Below are positions 7,049-16,277 of a stretch of DNA of 48,584 nucleotides, piece after piece. A program made the position numbers and the translations under genes. Under the pieces are notes generated by a model. The model ran no database searches, was not told the DNA's origin, and saw nothing but the letters and a program-made list of their open reading frames with translations. Position 1 is the first letter of the stretch, and the number at the start of each line of letters is the position of its first letter. This DNA comes from Akkermansia muciniphila (GTDB taxonomy: Bacteria > Verrucomicrobiota > Verrucomicrobiia > Limisphaerales > UBA9464), in the NCBI GenBank assembly GCA_945860685.1, contig CAMASJ010000002.1:1-48584 (forward strand), written 5' to 3'.

Positions 7049-8662
7049 ATGAAGTACATCTTCGTCACGGGCGGCGTCGTGAGTTCCCTCGGCAAGGGGC
7101 TCACCGCGGCGGCGCTCGGAACTCTCCTGGAGAACCGGGGCCTCACGGTGGCCCTCCAGAAGTTCGATCCCTACCTGAATGTCGACCCGGGCACGATGAG
7201 CCCGTACCAGCACGGCGAGGTCTATGTCCTCGACGACGGCGCCGAGACCGACCTCGACCTCGGCCATTACGAGCGGTTCACCAACACCCATCTCAGCCGC
7301 GCCAACGCCACCACCAGCGGCCAGGTGTACGAGCAGGTGCTCAAGAACGAACGCGACGGCGTGTACCTCGGCAAGACGGTCCAGGTCATCCCGCACGTCA
7401 CCGACGAGATCCAGCGCCGCATCACGGACCTCGCGGAGAAGTCCGGCGCGGACATCCTGATCACCGAGATCGGCGGCACGGTGGGCGACATCGAGGGCCT
7501 GCCGTTCCTCGAGGCGATCCGCGAGTTCGCCCATGAGGCCGGGCCGGGCAACGTCTGCTTCATCCACGTCACCTACGTCCCCTTCATCAAGGCGGCGGGC
7601 GAACTGAAGACGAAGCCCACCCAGCAGAGCGTCGCCAAGCTGCGCGAGATCGGCATCGCCCCGCACATCCTCGTGGCCCGCTGCGAGCAGCCGCTGGGCA
7701 AGGACGTCCGGAGCAAGCTCTCGATGTTCTGCAACGTCCCGTTCGATGCGGTGATCGAGGAGAAGGACGTGGACCACACGATCTACGAGGTGCCGCTGAT
7801 GCTGCAGCGGGAGCGGATGGACGACCTGGTCTGCCGCACGCTCCAGCTGACGCTGCCGCCGGCGAACATGGCGCACTGGCAGGACATCATCCGCAAGATG
7901 ATCGCCCCGCAGCACCGCGTGCGGATCGGCGTCGTCGGCAAGTACATCGAGCTGCAGGACGCCTACAAGTCGGTGTACGAGTCCCTGAAGCACGCCGGCG
8001 CGGCGAACGACTGCGGCGTGCAGATCGAGCAGATCGATGCGGAGCAGCTGGAGAACGACGATCCGACGAAGAAGCTGAAGGAGCTGGGCGGGATCCTGGT
8101 GCCGGGCGGCTTCGGCGACCGCGGCATCGAGGGCAAGATCAAGGCGGCCCGCTTCGCGCGTGAGAAGGGCGTGCCCTACCTCGGCCTGTGCCTCGGGATG
8201 CAGATCGCCACGATCGAGTTCGCACGGAACGTCCTGGGACTGCAGGGCGCGAACTCGACCGAGTTCGACCTGCACACGGTCCACCCCGTGATCCACCTGC
8301 AGGAGACGCAGCGCCATGTGAAGCGCAAGGGCGGCTCGATGCGGCTGGGTTCGCAGGAGTGCCTGCTGGAGCCTGGCTCGCTGGCGCACCGCCTGTACGG
8401 CAAGCCGAGCGTGATGGAACGCCATCGCCACCGGTACGAGTTCAACAACGAGTACCGTGAGCAGTTCGAGAAGGCCGGGTTCGTCGTCAGCGGCACGACG
8501 CCGGACGACCAGCTGGTGGAGATGATCGAGATCCCGACGCATCCGTTCTTCATCGCGACGCAGTCGCACCCGGAGTTCCTGAGCAAGCCGAACCGCCCGC
8601 ATCCGCTGTTCGCCGGGTTCATCCGGGCGGCCCACGAGCGCATGCACCACAAGCCGATCTGA
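7049..8662 (+). CDS. pyrG: CTP synthase
   Basis: [17 protein letters not shown] (N-terminal synthetase signature), a glutamine amidotransferase half with GLCLGMQ, and HRHRYEFN. Start taken at the ATG at 7049, inside the GTG-initiated ORF 7031. Confidence 0.97.
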   Translation: MKYIFVTGGVVSSLGKGLTAAALGTLLENRGLTVALQKFDPYLNVDPGTMSPYQHGEVYVLDDGAETDLDLGHYERFTNTHLSRANATTSGQVYEQVLKNERDGVYLGKTVQVIPHVTDEIQRRITDLAEKSGADILITEIGGTVGDIEGLPFLEAIREFAHEAGPGNVCFIHVTYVPFIKAAGELKTKPTQQSVAKLREIGIAPHILVARCEQPLGKDVRSKLSMFCNVPFDAVIEEKDVDHTIYEVPLMLQRERMDDLVCRTLQLTLPPANMAHWQDIIRKMIAPQHRVRIGVVGKYIELQDAYKSVYESLKHAGAANDCGVQIEQIDAEQLENDDPTKKLKELGGILVPGGFGDRGIEGKIKAARFAREKGVPYLGLCLGMQIATIEFARNVLGLQGANSTEFDLHTVHPVIHLQETQRHVKRKGGSMRLGSQECLLEPGSLAHRLYGKPSVMERHRHRYEFNNEYREQFEKAGFVVSGTTPDDQLVEMIEIPTHPFFIATQSHPEFLSKPNRPHPLFAGFIRAAHERMHHKPI

Positions 8663-8698
8663 CCCCGGCCCGGCCCGTGCGGGCCGACCGCGTCCACC

Positions 8699-9523
8699 AT
8701 GGAAACCGGGACGGCACCCGTCTCCCCGAACCCGCCTCCGCCGCTGGTGCCGGGGACACTCTACCTCGTCGCGACGCCCATCGGGAACCTCGAGGACATC
8801 ACCCTGCGGGCGCTGCGGGTGCTGCGGGAATGCGACGTGGTGGTGGCGGAGGATACGCGCCACACGGGCCAGCTCCTGACCCACTTCGGCATCCGCAAGC
8901 CGATGGTGAGCCACTTCCGCTTCAACGAGGCCCGGCGCTCGGCGGAGATCCTCGACCGCCTGCGCCGCGGGGAGAAGGTGGCGTTGGTGACCGACGCCGG
9001 CGCGCCGGGGATCAGCGACCCGGGCGAACGCGTGGTCTCCGAGGCGGTGACGGCGGGGCTGCGTGTGGAGGCGGTCCCGGGCGCCTGTGCGCTGGTGGCC
9101 GGACTGACGGCGAGCGGCCTGCCGACGGAGGAGTTCCACTTCGCCGGCTTCCTGCCGCACAAGTCCGGCCAGCGGCTGCGGCGGCTGCGGGAGCTTTCGG
9201 CCGTCCCCGGCACGCTGGTGCTCTACGAGTCGCCGTTCCGGGTGGCCCGGCTGCTCGAGGAACTGGCCGAGACGCTGCCGGAGCGTCGGGTCGTGCTGGC
9301 GCGGGAGCTGACGAAGAAGTTCGAGGAATGGCTGCGCGGAACGCCGGCAGAACTGGCGGCGGAACTGGCGCGGCGTCCGCGGAAGGGCGAGTTCGTGGTG
9401 GTGATCGGGCCCGGGAAGGGGGCGGCGCCGGCACCGGCGGGCGAGGAGGTGGACGACGACGACGGCATGGACGACGCGGATCCACGCGATGGCGAGCCGA
9501 CCGGTTCGACGGAGACTCCGTGA
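8699..9523 (+). CDS. rsmI: 16S rRNA (cytidine1402-2'-O)-methyltransferase
   Basis: LYLVATPIGNLEDITLRALRVL, VVAEDTRHTGQLL, SDAGAPGISDPG and LYESPFR are the tetrapyrrole-methylase-fold RsmI blocks. There is an acidic low-complexity C-terminal tail (EEVDDDDGMDDAD). Confidence 0.92.
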   Translation: METGTAPVSPNPPPPLVPGTLYLVATPIGNLEDITLRALRVLRECDVVVAEDTRHTGQLLTHFGIRKPMVSHFRFNEARRSAEILDRLRRGEKVALVTDAGAPGISDPGERVVSEAVTAGLRVEAVPGACALVAGLTASGLPTEEFHFAGFLPHKSGQRLRRLRELSAVPGTLVLYESPFRVARLLEELAETLPERRVVLARELTKKFEEWLRGTPAELAAELARRPRKGEFVVVIGPGKGAAPAPAGEEVDDDDGMDDADPRDGEPTGSTETP

Positions 9524-9530
9524 AAACAAG

Positions 9531-9563
9531 CCGCCCCGCCGGACACGGTGTCCGGCGGGGCGG
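9531..9563. terminator. perfect 15-bp stem / 3-nt loop hairpin between convergent genes (bidirectional terminator candidate)
   Basis: CCGCCCCGCCGGACA-CGG-TGTCCGGCGGGGCGG. On the minus strand it is followed by CTTGTTTTC. It sits between the rsmI stop (9523) and the stop of the minus-strand gene ending at 9598. Confidence 0.65.
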
Positions 9564-9597
9564 TTGAAGGGGCTTCGGCCCTCGGCGGGCCAACCGA

Positions 9598-12500
9598 TCA
9601 CTCCGCGCGGAAGCGGAAGAACTTCGTCGGGGTGGTGAGATCCACCGGGACGTTGGTGACCACGGCCGTGTCGACCCAGCGGGTCATGTCATCCGAGGTC
9701 TGCAGGCGGAAGTTCACGAGCGCATTCGTCGAGAACGGCAGCACGAGTCCGTCGAGACGGATGTCGGCGCGGGGCGCGGTGAAGAGCCCGTAGGTGGCGG
9801 GATCGCCGACGACATCACCGCGTCCGGCGAGGCGGGCGTCGGCGACCTGGGCGGTGGTGAACAGGTTGAACGCCGCGGGCGAGCCGGTGACCTCGGCCTG
9901 GCCAAGGCGACGCAGGCGGAGCAGGGCGTTGGCCTGGGAGCGGGAGGCCGCACGGTCGGGATCCATGCCGAGCGTGAACAGCGAGGTTTCCTGGGCGTTG
10001 GACAGGCCGTCGCCGTCGGAGTCGGCGGTGCCCTGGACGATCCGGCGATCGAGGTCGACCGCGGTGTCGGGCATCGCGAACGGCGCGTTGGTGTGGAAGG
10101 CCTGCAGGTACTCCGCGAAGGCGTCCTGCTCGGTTCCGACCCCGGCGAAGGACGCGCGGGCGGGGAAGCCCGTCGGGAGCGGCGGGGCGAGCGTCGCCGA
10201 GTTCAGGTCGCGACGCTGGTAGGACTCGGCCCCGTTGAGGCGGAGGAAATACGGGAACGGGTAGTTGTCACCGCCGAAGTCGGAACCCGCGCTTCCGGCG
10301 TTGGCCAGGAAGTTCAGGGTGACGATGCGGACGGGACGATCCGGATCCAGCACCTCGCCGTCGGCCACGAGCACATCCGTCGGCCGGCCCGAGGCGTCGA
10401 GCAGCGCGGCGTAGCGGATGCGGGTGCCCGGGGTGATGCCGGTGACGACGTTGCTGAGGCTGGTGAAGCGCTGCGCGGTGCCGGAGAGGTCGGCCACCAC
10501 GACCAGGCCGCCCAGCTGCGGGAACTGGCCTGGCGTGGCCCGGTCGGCGCCGGTGCCGGTGCTGGCCGCGACGCCGTGTTCGAGCAGCATCTTCAGCTGC
10601 GAGGCCTTCACGGTGACCAGCGTCAGCGCGTTGTTGAACTTCAGGGAGTCCTCGACGTCGAGGCGGCTGATGTCCCCGGCGAGCTTGCCAGCGGAAAGGT
10701 TGGCGCGCGTGGGGAGCAGCTCTCCGCCCGGTCCGGTGGAGCCGATGGAGTTGCGGATGCCGCCGCCGTTCTTGATCGAGACGGCGACCGAGGGGTCGTA
10801 CTGGCGGGCGTACCAGAGGTTCGCGTCGGCGGACAGGTCGCCGAAGTTCGACTCCTGCTGGCGGACCGTGGTGCGGCGGCCCTCGAGGTAGACCGAGGAA
10901 CGGCCGAGGATGAGGCCGTCCTTGGAGTTGATGACCGCGCCGACGGCGTCGGTCAGCGCCTTGACCGCGGCGCCGCGGGTGCCGGGGGCGAAGGGATCCG
11001 CGGAACCCCAGAGCGCGGCGACCTTCGCGGCGGTCGCGGGCTGGGTGTCACCGGACACGCCGACGACGTCGCCGTTGCCGTCGAAGTCGACGACCAGCTG
11101 TCCGACGTACTGGTACTGTCCCTCGGTGCTCACGACCGCCACACGGCGGCCCATCTTGTCGGTGGTGAGGAACGGATACCGGCCCGCGGCGGTGTCGCCT
11201 GGGAGCAGGTTGGCGGCGTTGTTCACGTAGATCGTGCCGGAACCGCCGGCGACGATGACGTCCACGCCGTCGAGGGCCTGGGCGAGCGCCTTCTCGTTGT
11301 CGACCTGCTGGAGCTGGGAGGAGAGGACGATCTTGTTGCAGCCGGCGGCGCGGAGCGCGTCCACGACCGGCTGGAGGTGCGCGGCGAGGGCCCCGATGTC
11401 GTAGGTTCGCGGGCTCACCACAGCGGAGCCCTGCGGACCGGTGACGCGCACCGAGCCGGGCGAGGAGATGTTGGCGAGGTCCGGCGGGGTGACGCCAAGC
11501 ACGCCGATCTTCTCACCGCCACGCTCCACGATGGTGGCGCGGGCGATCTTGGGATGGAGGGCGATGTTCGTGGAGGCGGTGCTGACGTAGGAGGCGTCGG
11601 TCGCGGGATTGGCGCGGAACCGGGAGGCCGGGAGGATGGCGGTTGTGGCCCGGGCCGCGAGGGCGGACTCGGAGGCGGGGACGGCACCGAAGTCGAGGTT
11701 CGCGCTCAGTAGCGGGAAGGCGGCGCCGTAATGGCGGAGCCGCGCGAGGCCGCCGGCCCGGACGTCGGGCAGCACGATGCTGGCGAACTCGCTCGGGCCG
11801 AGGTCGAACTCGTGGTTGCCGATGCTCGCGACGTCGATGCCGATCGCGTTGAGGATCGCGATGTCGGGGCGTCCGGCGCTCTCGCGGAGGTCGCTGTTGG
11901 TGCCGGTGGCGTTGAAGCCGAACAGCTCACCAAACGCGACCTTCAGCGGCGCGACGGTGGAGGGGTCGTTGCCCGCGGAGAGGAAGGCGCCCGGGATGAA
12001 GAGGTCGCCGGCGGCGACGGTCATGGAGGCGTCCACGGCGGGGTTCTCCTCGAGGCGGTCGACGAGCGCGGCGAAGCGGGGCGCGGTCTCGAGGGTCAAC
12101 ACGTCGGCCTCCATGTCGGAGGCGTGGAGGATCTGCAGGCGGAAGTCGTCGTTCTCGGTGGACGGCGCCTGGCGCGCGACCGTGGCGGGCGTGGCGCCGG
12201 ACAGGGTCTCGACCAGCCACTGGCGCTGGTCCGCGGCGCGACGACGGAGGTAGTACTTCGTGGTGACGCCCTCTGGGGTGAAGGTGACGTCGAGGAAGCC
12301 ACGGTCGGCGAGGTTCGAGAACCTCAGGTTCGGGCTGTAGCCGAGGAACAGGTCGCGGAGGATGTCCTGCTGTCCCGGGAAGTAGCGTTCGATGCCCGGC
12401 GAGGAGACGCCGGGTCCGCCGAATTCGAATCCGGCAATCGTGCCGGCGGGAAGTCCACCGGGCCCGGGAGCGAAGGTCTTCAGTGTGCTGGCCCAGGCGT

Positions 12501-14010
12501 TGTGGGTGTCGCCCGAGAACACGACCAGCTTCTTGCCGAGGCCGGCGGCGGTCTGCAGCAGCGTCTCACGCTCACGGCCGTATCCGTCCCAGGCGTCCGT
12601 GTTGTACGGAAGCGGGTTCGCGCGGTCGAAGGTGGCCTGCTCGTCCGGGGTGAGCGGGAGTCCGGCGGCCCGCTTCAGAACCGGGGTGAGGTAGCGGGCG
12701 ATGGTCGCGGGCGAGACCGAACCGTTGGCGAGCTCGATGAGCAGCTCAGCGGGCATGGTCATGTTGCCCATCAGCACCTGCTGGCCGAGCACCTGCCAGG
12801 TCGCGGAGGAGGAGCCCATGCGGCCCTGCAGCCATTGGAGCTGCTCGGTGCCGATGAGCTTGCGGTCGCCGGTATACATCTCGGTCACATTCTGGGTCAC
12901 CATCTCGGTGAGGACGATCGTTCCAAGGGCGTTGCCGAAGCGCGCGATGCCGGCGGTGTCGCCGGGACCGGCCGGCGGCGTGAGGCCGTAGGTCGTGGCG
13001 TACTGCGCGACGAGGGAAGGCGTCCCGAGGATCGAGCTCACGCGGGCGACCACTTCGTCCGACGTCGGGGCCAGGTCCAACTGGCGATCCCGCGCGACAA
13101 GCCGGGTCTCCAGCATGTGCAGGGACACGAGGTTGCCGAAGTCGAAGGAACGGTAGGCCTTCCGGCGGTCGCCGCCCTCGGGCTCGCGGATCGGCTGCCA
13201 CTCGTAGTAGGCCCGCAACGCGGCGGTCACGCGGTTCGTCCAGGATCCCTCGGTGGTCGGGGTGTGGTTCTCGGCGCCGGTGGCGTAGGCGTCGTTCGCG
13301 GTCTCGTGGTCGTCCCAGATCACGATGAACGGCGCGGTCGCACGGGCCGCCTGGAGCTTCGGCGCCCGATGGTACTGCGCGTAGCGCAGACGGTAGTCCT
13401 CGAGGGTCACGCACTCGCGGTCCGGCTGGAATCCCTCGGACTCCGCGAAGTTCTCGGCCTGCGGATATCCGCCCCGGCCGTATTCGTAGATGTAGTCGCC
13501 GACGTGCAGGAGGGCGTCGTAGTCGCCGATCCGGGCGGCCTTGAGGTAGGCGTCGAACGGGTCCGCGGTGATGTTGGCGCAGCTGAAGACCGCGAGGCGC
13601 ACGCGGGAGACTTCACCGGTGGGCAGGGTCTTGGTCCGGCCGGACTCGGACACCACGGCGCCGGCGTCGGCGGAGAACCGATAGTGGTAGACCGTTCCCG
13701 GGACGAGGCCGGTCGGGATGACCTTCACCGTGTAGTCGCGCTCGGCGTCGGTGGTGAAGGTTCCGGTCAGGAGATTGGTGTCGAACGCCGATGACGTTGA
13801 GATCGACCAGGAGACGGTGACGGGCCCGGCGGTGTCCGGGGTCGCCCGGGTCCAGAGGACGACCGAGTCCGGTGCGGGATCGCCGGAGGCGACGCCGTGG
13901 AGGAAGCGGGTGGCGGCCGTGGTCGGGAGACAGGCGCCGGCGCCAGCCAAGAGGGCCAGGACGGAGTACAAACTCCGGGTCCGTGACAGCAGGAAGTTCT
14001 TCACCGCCAT
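9598..14010 (-). CDS. secreted multidomain phosphatase: PhoD-like alkaline phosphatase/phosphodiesterase fused to a 5'-nucleotidase (metallophosphoesterase + 5'-nucleotidase C domain), with a C-terminal TSP3-like motif and beta-sandwich tail
   Basis: 1470 aa with a signal peptide (LYSVLALLAGAGA). The PhoD N-terminal block is FLHGVASGDPAPDSVVLWTR...YHYRF, with the metallophos block LHVGDYIYEY. The second module has ILHASDMEAD...IGNHEFDLG and the 5'-nucleotidase C-terminal block ESNFGDLSADA...KNGGGIR. The protein ends with DSDGDGLSNAQE and ...TPTKFFRFRAE. Confidence 0.88.
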   Translation of the reverse strand: MAVKNFLLSRTRSLYSVLALLAGAGACLPTTAATRFLHGVASGDPAPDSVVLWTRATPDTAGPVTVSWSISTSSAFDTNLLTGTFTTDAERDYTVKVIPTGLVPGTVYHYRFSADAGAVVSESGRTKTLPTGEVSRVRLAVFSCANITADPFDAYLKAARIGDYDALLHVGDYIYEYGRGGYPQAENFAESEGFQPDRECVTLEDYRLRYAQYHRAPKLQAARATAPFIVIWDDHETANDAYATGAENHTPTTEGSWTNRVTAALRAYYEWQPIREPEGGDRRKAYRSFDFGNLVSLHMLETRLVARDRQLDLAPTSDEVVARVSSILGTPSLVAQYATTYGLTPPAGPGDTAGIARFGNALGTIVLTEMVTQNVTEMYTGDRKLIGTEQLQWLQGRMGSSSATWQVLGQQVLMGNMTMPAELLIELANGSVSPATIARYLTPVLKRAAGLPLTPDEQATFDRANPLPYNTDAWDGYGRERETLLQTAAGLGKKLVVFSGDTHNAWASTLKTFAPGPGGLPAGTIAGFEFGGPGVSSPGIERYFPGQQDILRDLFLGYSPNLRFSNLADRGFLDVTFTPEGVTTKYYLRRRAADQRQWLVETLSGATPATVARQAPSTENDDFRLQILHASDMEADVLTLETAPRFAALVDRLEENPAVDASMTVAAGDLFIPGAFLSAGNDPSTVAPLKVAFGELFGFNATGTNSDLRESAGRPDIAILNAIGIDVASIGNHEFDLGPSEFASIVLPDVRAGGLARLRHYGAAFPLLSANLDFGAVPASESALAARATTAILPASRFRANPATDASYVSTASTNIALHPKIARATIVERGGEKIGVLGVTPPDLANISSPGSVRVTGPQGSAVVSPRTYDIGALAAHLQPVVDALRAAGCNKIVLSSQLQQVDNEKALAQALDGVDVIVAGGSGTIYVNNAANLLPGDTAAGRYPFLTTDKMGRRVAVVSTEGQYQYVGQLVVDFDGNGDVVGVSGDTQPATAAKVAALWGSADPFAPGTRGAAVKALTDAVGAVINSKDGLILGRSSVYLEGRRTTVRQQESNFGDLSADANLWYARQYDPSVAVSIKNGGGIRNSIGSTGPGGELLPTRANLSAGKLAGDISRLDVEDSLKFNNALTLVTVKASQLKMLLEHGVAASTGTGADRATPGQFPQLGGLVVVADLSGTAQRFTSLSNVVTGITPGTRIRYAALLDASGRPTDVLVADGEVLDPDRPVRIVTLNFLANAGSAGSDFGGDNYPFPYFLRLNGAESYQRRDLNSATLAPPLPTGFPARASFAGVGTEQDAFAEYLQAFHTNAPFAMPDTAVDLDRRIVQGTADSDGDGLSNAQETSLFTLGMDPDRAASRSQANALLRLRRLGQAEVTGSPAAFNLFTTAQVADARLAGRGDVVGDPATYGLFTAPRADIRLDGLVLPFSTNALVNFRLQTSDDMTRWVDTAVVTNVPVDLTTPTKFFRFRAE

Positions 14011-14169
14011 CCGATATGCCGGAGGTGTGTCGATCTCCAGTGCGGCCAGGTAGCAATCCGGTGAAGGAAAGGTTCCGGCGAGGTGAACAGCCTGAATGCC
14101 CTATCGGGCGTGTTCCCCGACCGAGTCGCAGAATGCGGCACCGGGAGGCCGAGGAAATCCGGGGTAAGT

Positions 14170-14245
<76 letters not shown>

Positions 14246-14323
14246 GTGCCGGGAGGCACTGGAGAACTCTGTGGCAACCCAGACGGCCCGCCGAGTCAAA
14301 ATCGGGATCCGATCGGATGGAGC

Positions 14324-14342
14324 GGAGTTTTCAGTTTTCAGC
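14324..14342 (+). repeat. GGAGTTTTCAGTTTTCAGC word (TTTTCAG x2)
   Basis: The same word recurs at 19548-19573 and, inverted, at 6901-6920. All copies are intergenic. Confidence 0.7.
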
Positions 14343-14384
14343 ACAGAGCGGCGTCAGGCGTCCACAGAGCCTGCACCGAGGTGC

Positions 14385-14411
14385 GGTGACACGGATTTCA
14401 CGAATTCAGGA
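14385..14411 (+). repeat. dispersed intergenic repeat, copy C (GGTGACACGGATTTCACGAATTCAGGA)
   Basis: Shares the core GACACGGATTTCACG(G/A)ATTC with copies A and B. Confidence 0.75.
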
Positions 14412-14481
14412 TCCGGGAATGGAGAGGAGACCGCAGCTTGGCAGCCGCGGCTACTTGCAGGAGATCGGGAATCCCGACTGC

Positions 14482-15945
14482 CTAGGCCATCAGGGGCTTC
14501 ACCAGTTCGCCGGCGATGTCGGTGAGTCGGAAGTCCCGGCCCTCGAAGCGGTAGGTGAAGCGCTTGTGGTCGATGCCCAGCAGGTGCAGCAGCGTCGCGT
14601 GCAGGTCGTGCACGTTCACCTGGTCCTGCACGATGTTGTAGCCGAAGTCGTCGGTCCGGCCGAGCACGATGCCGGGCTTGATCCCGCCGCCGGCCATCCA
14701 GATGGAGAAGCACCGCGGATGATGGTCGCGGCCAAAGCTGTCCTTGGTGATGTCGCCCTGCGAGTAGGCGGTGCGCCCGAACTCGCCGCCCCAGATTACC
14801 AGCGTGTCGTCCAGCAGACCCCGCTGCTTCAGGTCGCGGATGAGCGCGCCGCTGGCCTGGTCGGTGTTCTTGGTCTGGGTCTTGATGCCTTCGGGCAGTC
14901 CGCCGTGGTGGTCCCAGTCGCGGTGGCAGAGCTGGATGAAGCGCACGCCGCGCTCGGCGAGGCGGCGCGCGAGGAGGCAGTTGTTGGCGAAGGAACCCTT
15001 GCCCGGCGTCGCGCCGTACATGTCGAGGACGGCCTTGGGCTCGGACGAGAGGTCCATCAGCTCCGGCACGCTGGTCTGCATGCGGAAGGCCAGCTCGTAG
15101 TTCTCGATGTGCGTCGCGATCTGGGGATCGGCGAGCGTGCCGAGCTGCTTCCGGTTCAACACCTGCATCGCGTCGAGCAGACGTCGTCGCGACTCGCCGC
15201 TCATGCCGGGCGGATTCGAGACGTACAAAACCGGGTCGCCCTGGCTGCGCATCTGCACGCCCTGGTGGTCCGCCGAGAGGAAGCCGTTGCCCCAATAGCG
15301 GGCCTGCAGCGCCTGCCCGCCGCTGCCGCTGACGAGCACCACGAAGGCCGGCAGGTTCGCGTTCTCCGTCCCCAGGCCGTAGGCCAGCCATGCGCCCATC
15401 GTCGGACGCCCGGGCTGCTGGTTGCCGGTGCCGAAGTAGGTCACGGCGGGATCGTGGTTGATGGCGTCCACGTGGAGCGTGCGGATGAGGGCGATGTCGT
15501 CCGCGACCGAGCCGATGCCCGGCAGCAACGAGCTCATCTCGGTGCCGCAGTTCCCGTAGCGCTTGAATTCGAAGGGCGAGCCGACGCATTTGAGCACCGA
15601 CTGTCCGGCGGTCATGCCGGTGATGCGCTGGCCCATGCGGACGCTCGGCGGGAGTTCCTCGCCAGTCATGTCCTTGAGCTTCGGCTTGGGGTCGAAGAGG
15701 TCGAGGTGCGACGGCGCGCCGGACTGGAACAGGTAGATCACCCGCTTCGCCTTGGGCGCGAAGTGGAGGGGACCCAACGCCCCGCGGGTGCCGGCGGCGG
15801 CGGCGGTCCCCGCCGAGGTGGCGGCCTCCGCGCCGAGGGACGACCGCAGCAGCGTGCCGAGGGCGATCGTGCCGAGCCCGGTCGTGCTGCGGGTGAGGAA
15901 GGTCCGCCGGGTGAGCAGGCGTTCGAATTCGTTCTGAAGGTTCAT
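14482..15945 (-). CDS. DUF1501 domain protein (sulfatase-fold, Tat-exported)
   Basis: Frame trimmed to the ATG at 15945. MNLQNEFERLLTRRTFLTRSTTGLGTIALG is a twin-arginine signal. The body matches the DUF1501 family that partners PSCyt/DUF1553 proteins in Planctomycetes/Verrucomicrobia (HRDWDHHG, GGEFGRT, GRDHH). Confidence 0.88.
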   Translation of the reverse strand: MNLQNEFERLLTRRTFLTRSTTGLGTIALGTLLRSSLGAEAATSAGTAAAAGTRGALGPLHFAPKAKRVIYLFQSGAPSHLDLFDPKPKLKDMTGEELPPSVRMGQRITGMTAGQSVLKCVGSPFEFKRYGNCGTEMSSLLPGIGSVADDIALIRTLHVDAINHDPAVTYFGTGNQQPGRPTMGAWLAYGLGTENANLPAFVVLVSGSGGQALQARYWGNGFLSADHQGVQMRSQGDPVLYVSNPPGMSGESRRRLLDAMQVLNRKQLGTLADPQIATHIENYELAFRMQTSVPELMDLSSEPKAVLDMYGATPGKGSFANNCLLARRLAERGVRFIQLCHRDWDHHGGLPEGIKTQTKNTDQASGALIRDLKQRGLLDDTLVIWGGEFGRTAYSQGDITKDSFGRDHHPRCFSIWMAGGGIKPGIVLGRTDDFGYNIVQDQVNVHDLHATLLHLLGIDHKRFTYRFEGRDFRLTDIAGELVKPLMA

Positions 15946-15946
15946 G

Positions 15947-16264
15947 TCAGTCCAAGGAAGTGGGGGTGGCCCGGTCGACCGCGGCGGCCGAGTTGGCGTC
16001 GAGCAAAGGTCGGGAGGAAGCCCGGTGTTCCAGCCCGCGATCCCTTTCCGGCAATAGGTCGAGGCCCCGGACGGGCTCGAACAGTTCAAGAATTGGGATG
16101 CGACGCGTAGCCTGGGTGGATCCCCCGGGGGCGCGGACCACCATCACCACCGGCTGCCCGTCCCTGAGGACGACCTGCGGGCCCTGCTCGACCGCGAGCC
16201 GGGCCACTACCTCGAAGCGGTGTCCCGCCTCCTCCAGGTTCCATCGGTTCTTCATGGTGGTCAT
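15947..16264 (-). CDS. Phd/YefM (VapB-type) antitoxin-like protein, orphan
   Basis: WNLEEAGHRFEVVARLAVEQGPQVVLRDGQPVVMVV is the canonical Phd/YefM N-terminal fold signature. It is followed by LELFEPVRGLDLLPERDRG, typical of VapB-type tails. The ORF lies 13 nt after the upstream stop and 1 nt before the downstream ATG. Confidence 0.6.
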   Translation of the reverse strand: MTTMKNRWNLEEAGHRFEVVARLAVEQGPQVVLRDGQPVVMVVRAPGGSTQATRRIPILELFEPVRGLDLLPERDRGLEHRASSRPLLDANSAAAVDRATPTSLD

Positions 16265-16277
16265 CGGGGCCGTCCCT

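Noticed and set aside
6590-9601. 1003-aa minus-strand ORF spanning pyrG and rsmI. The same applies to many other very long ORFs: 1492..3924(+), 3899..5878(+), 3987..5672(-), 10093..11712(+), 11731..13794(+), 14083..16110(+), 15960..19586(+), 16261..19470(-), 20682..23846(-), 21434..24118(+), 27281..28780(-), 33306..37040(-), 33413..36250(+), 37636..38898(-), 43114..44991(+), 45822..47249(+).
   Set aside because: They are antisense to, or frame-shifted relative to, genes with unmistakable family signatures. Their translations are Arg/Ala/Gly/Pro/His-rich low-complexity strings with no motifs. This is the usual stop-codon-poor shadow-ORF effect in about 65% GC DNA.
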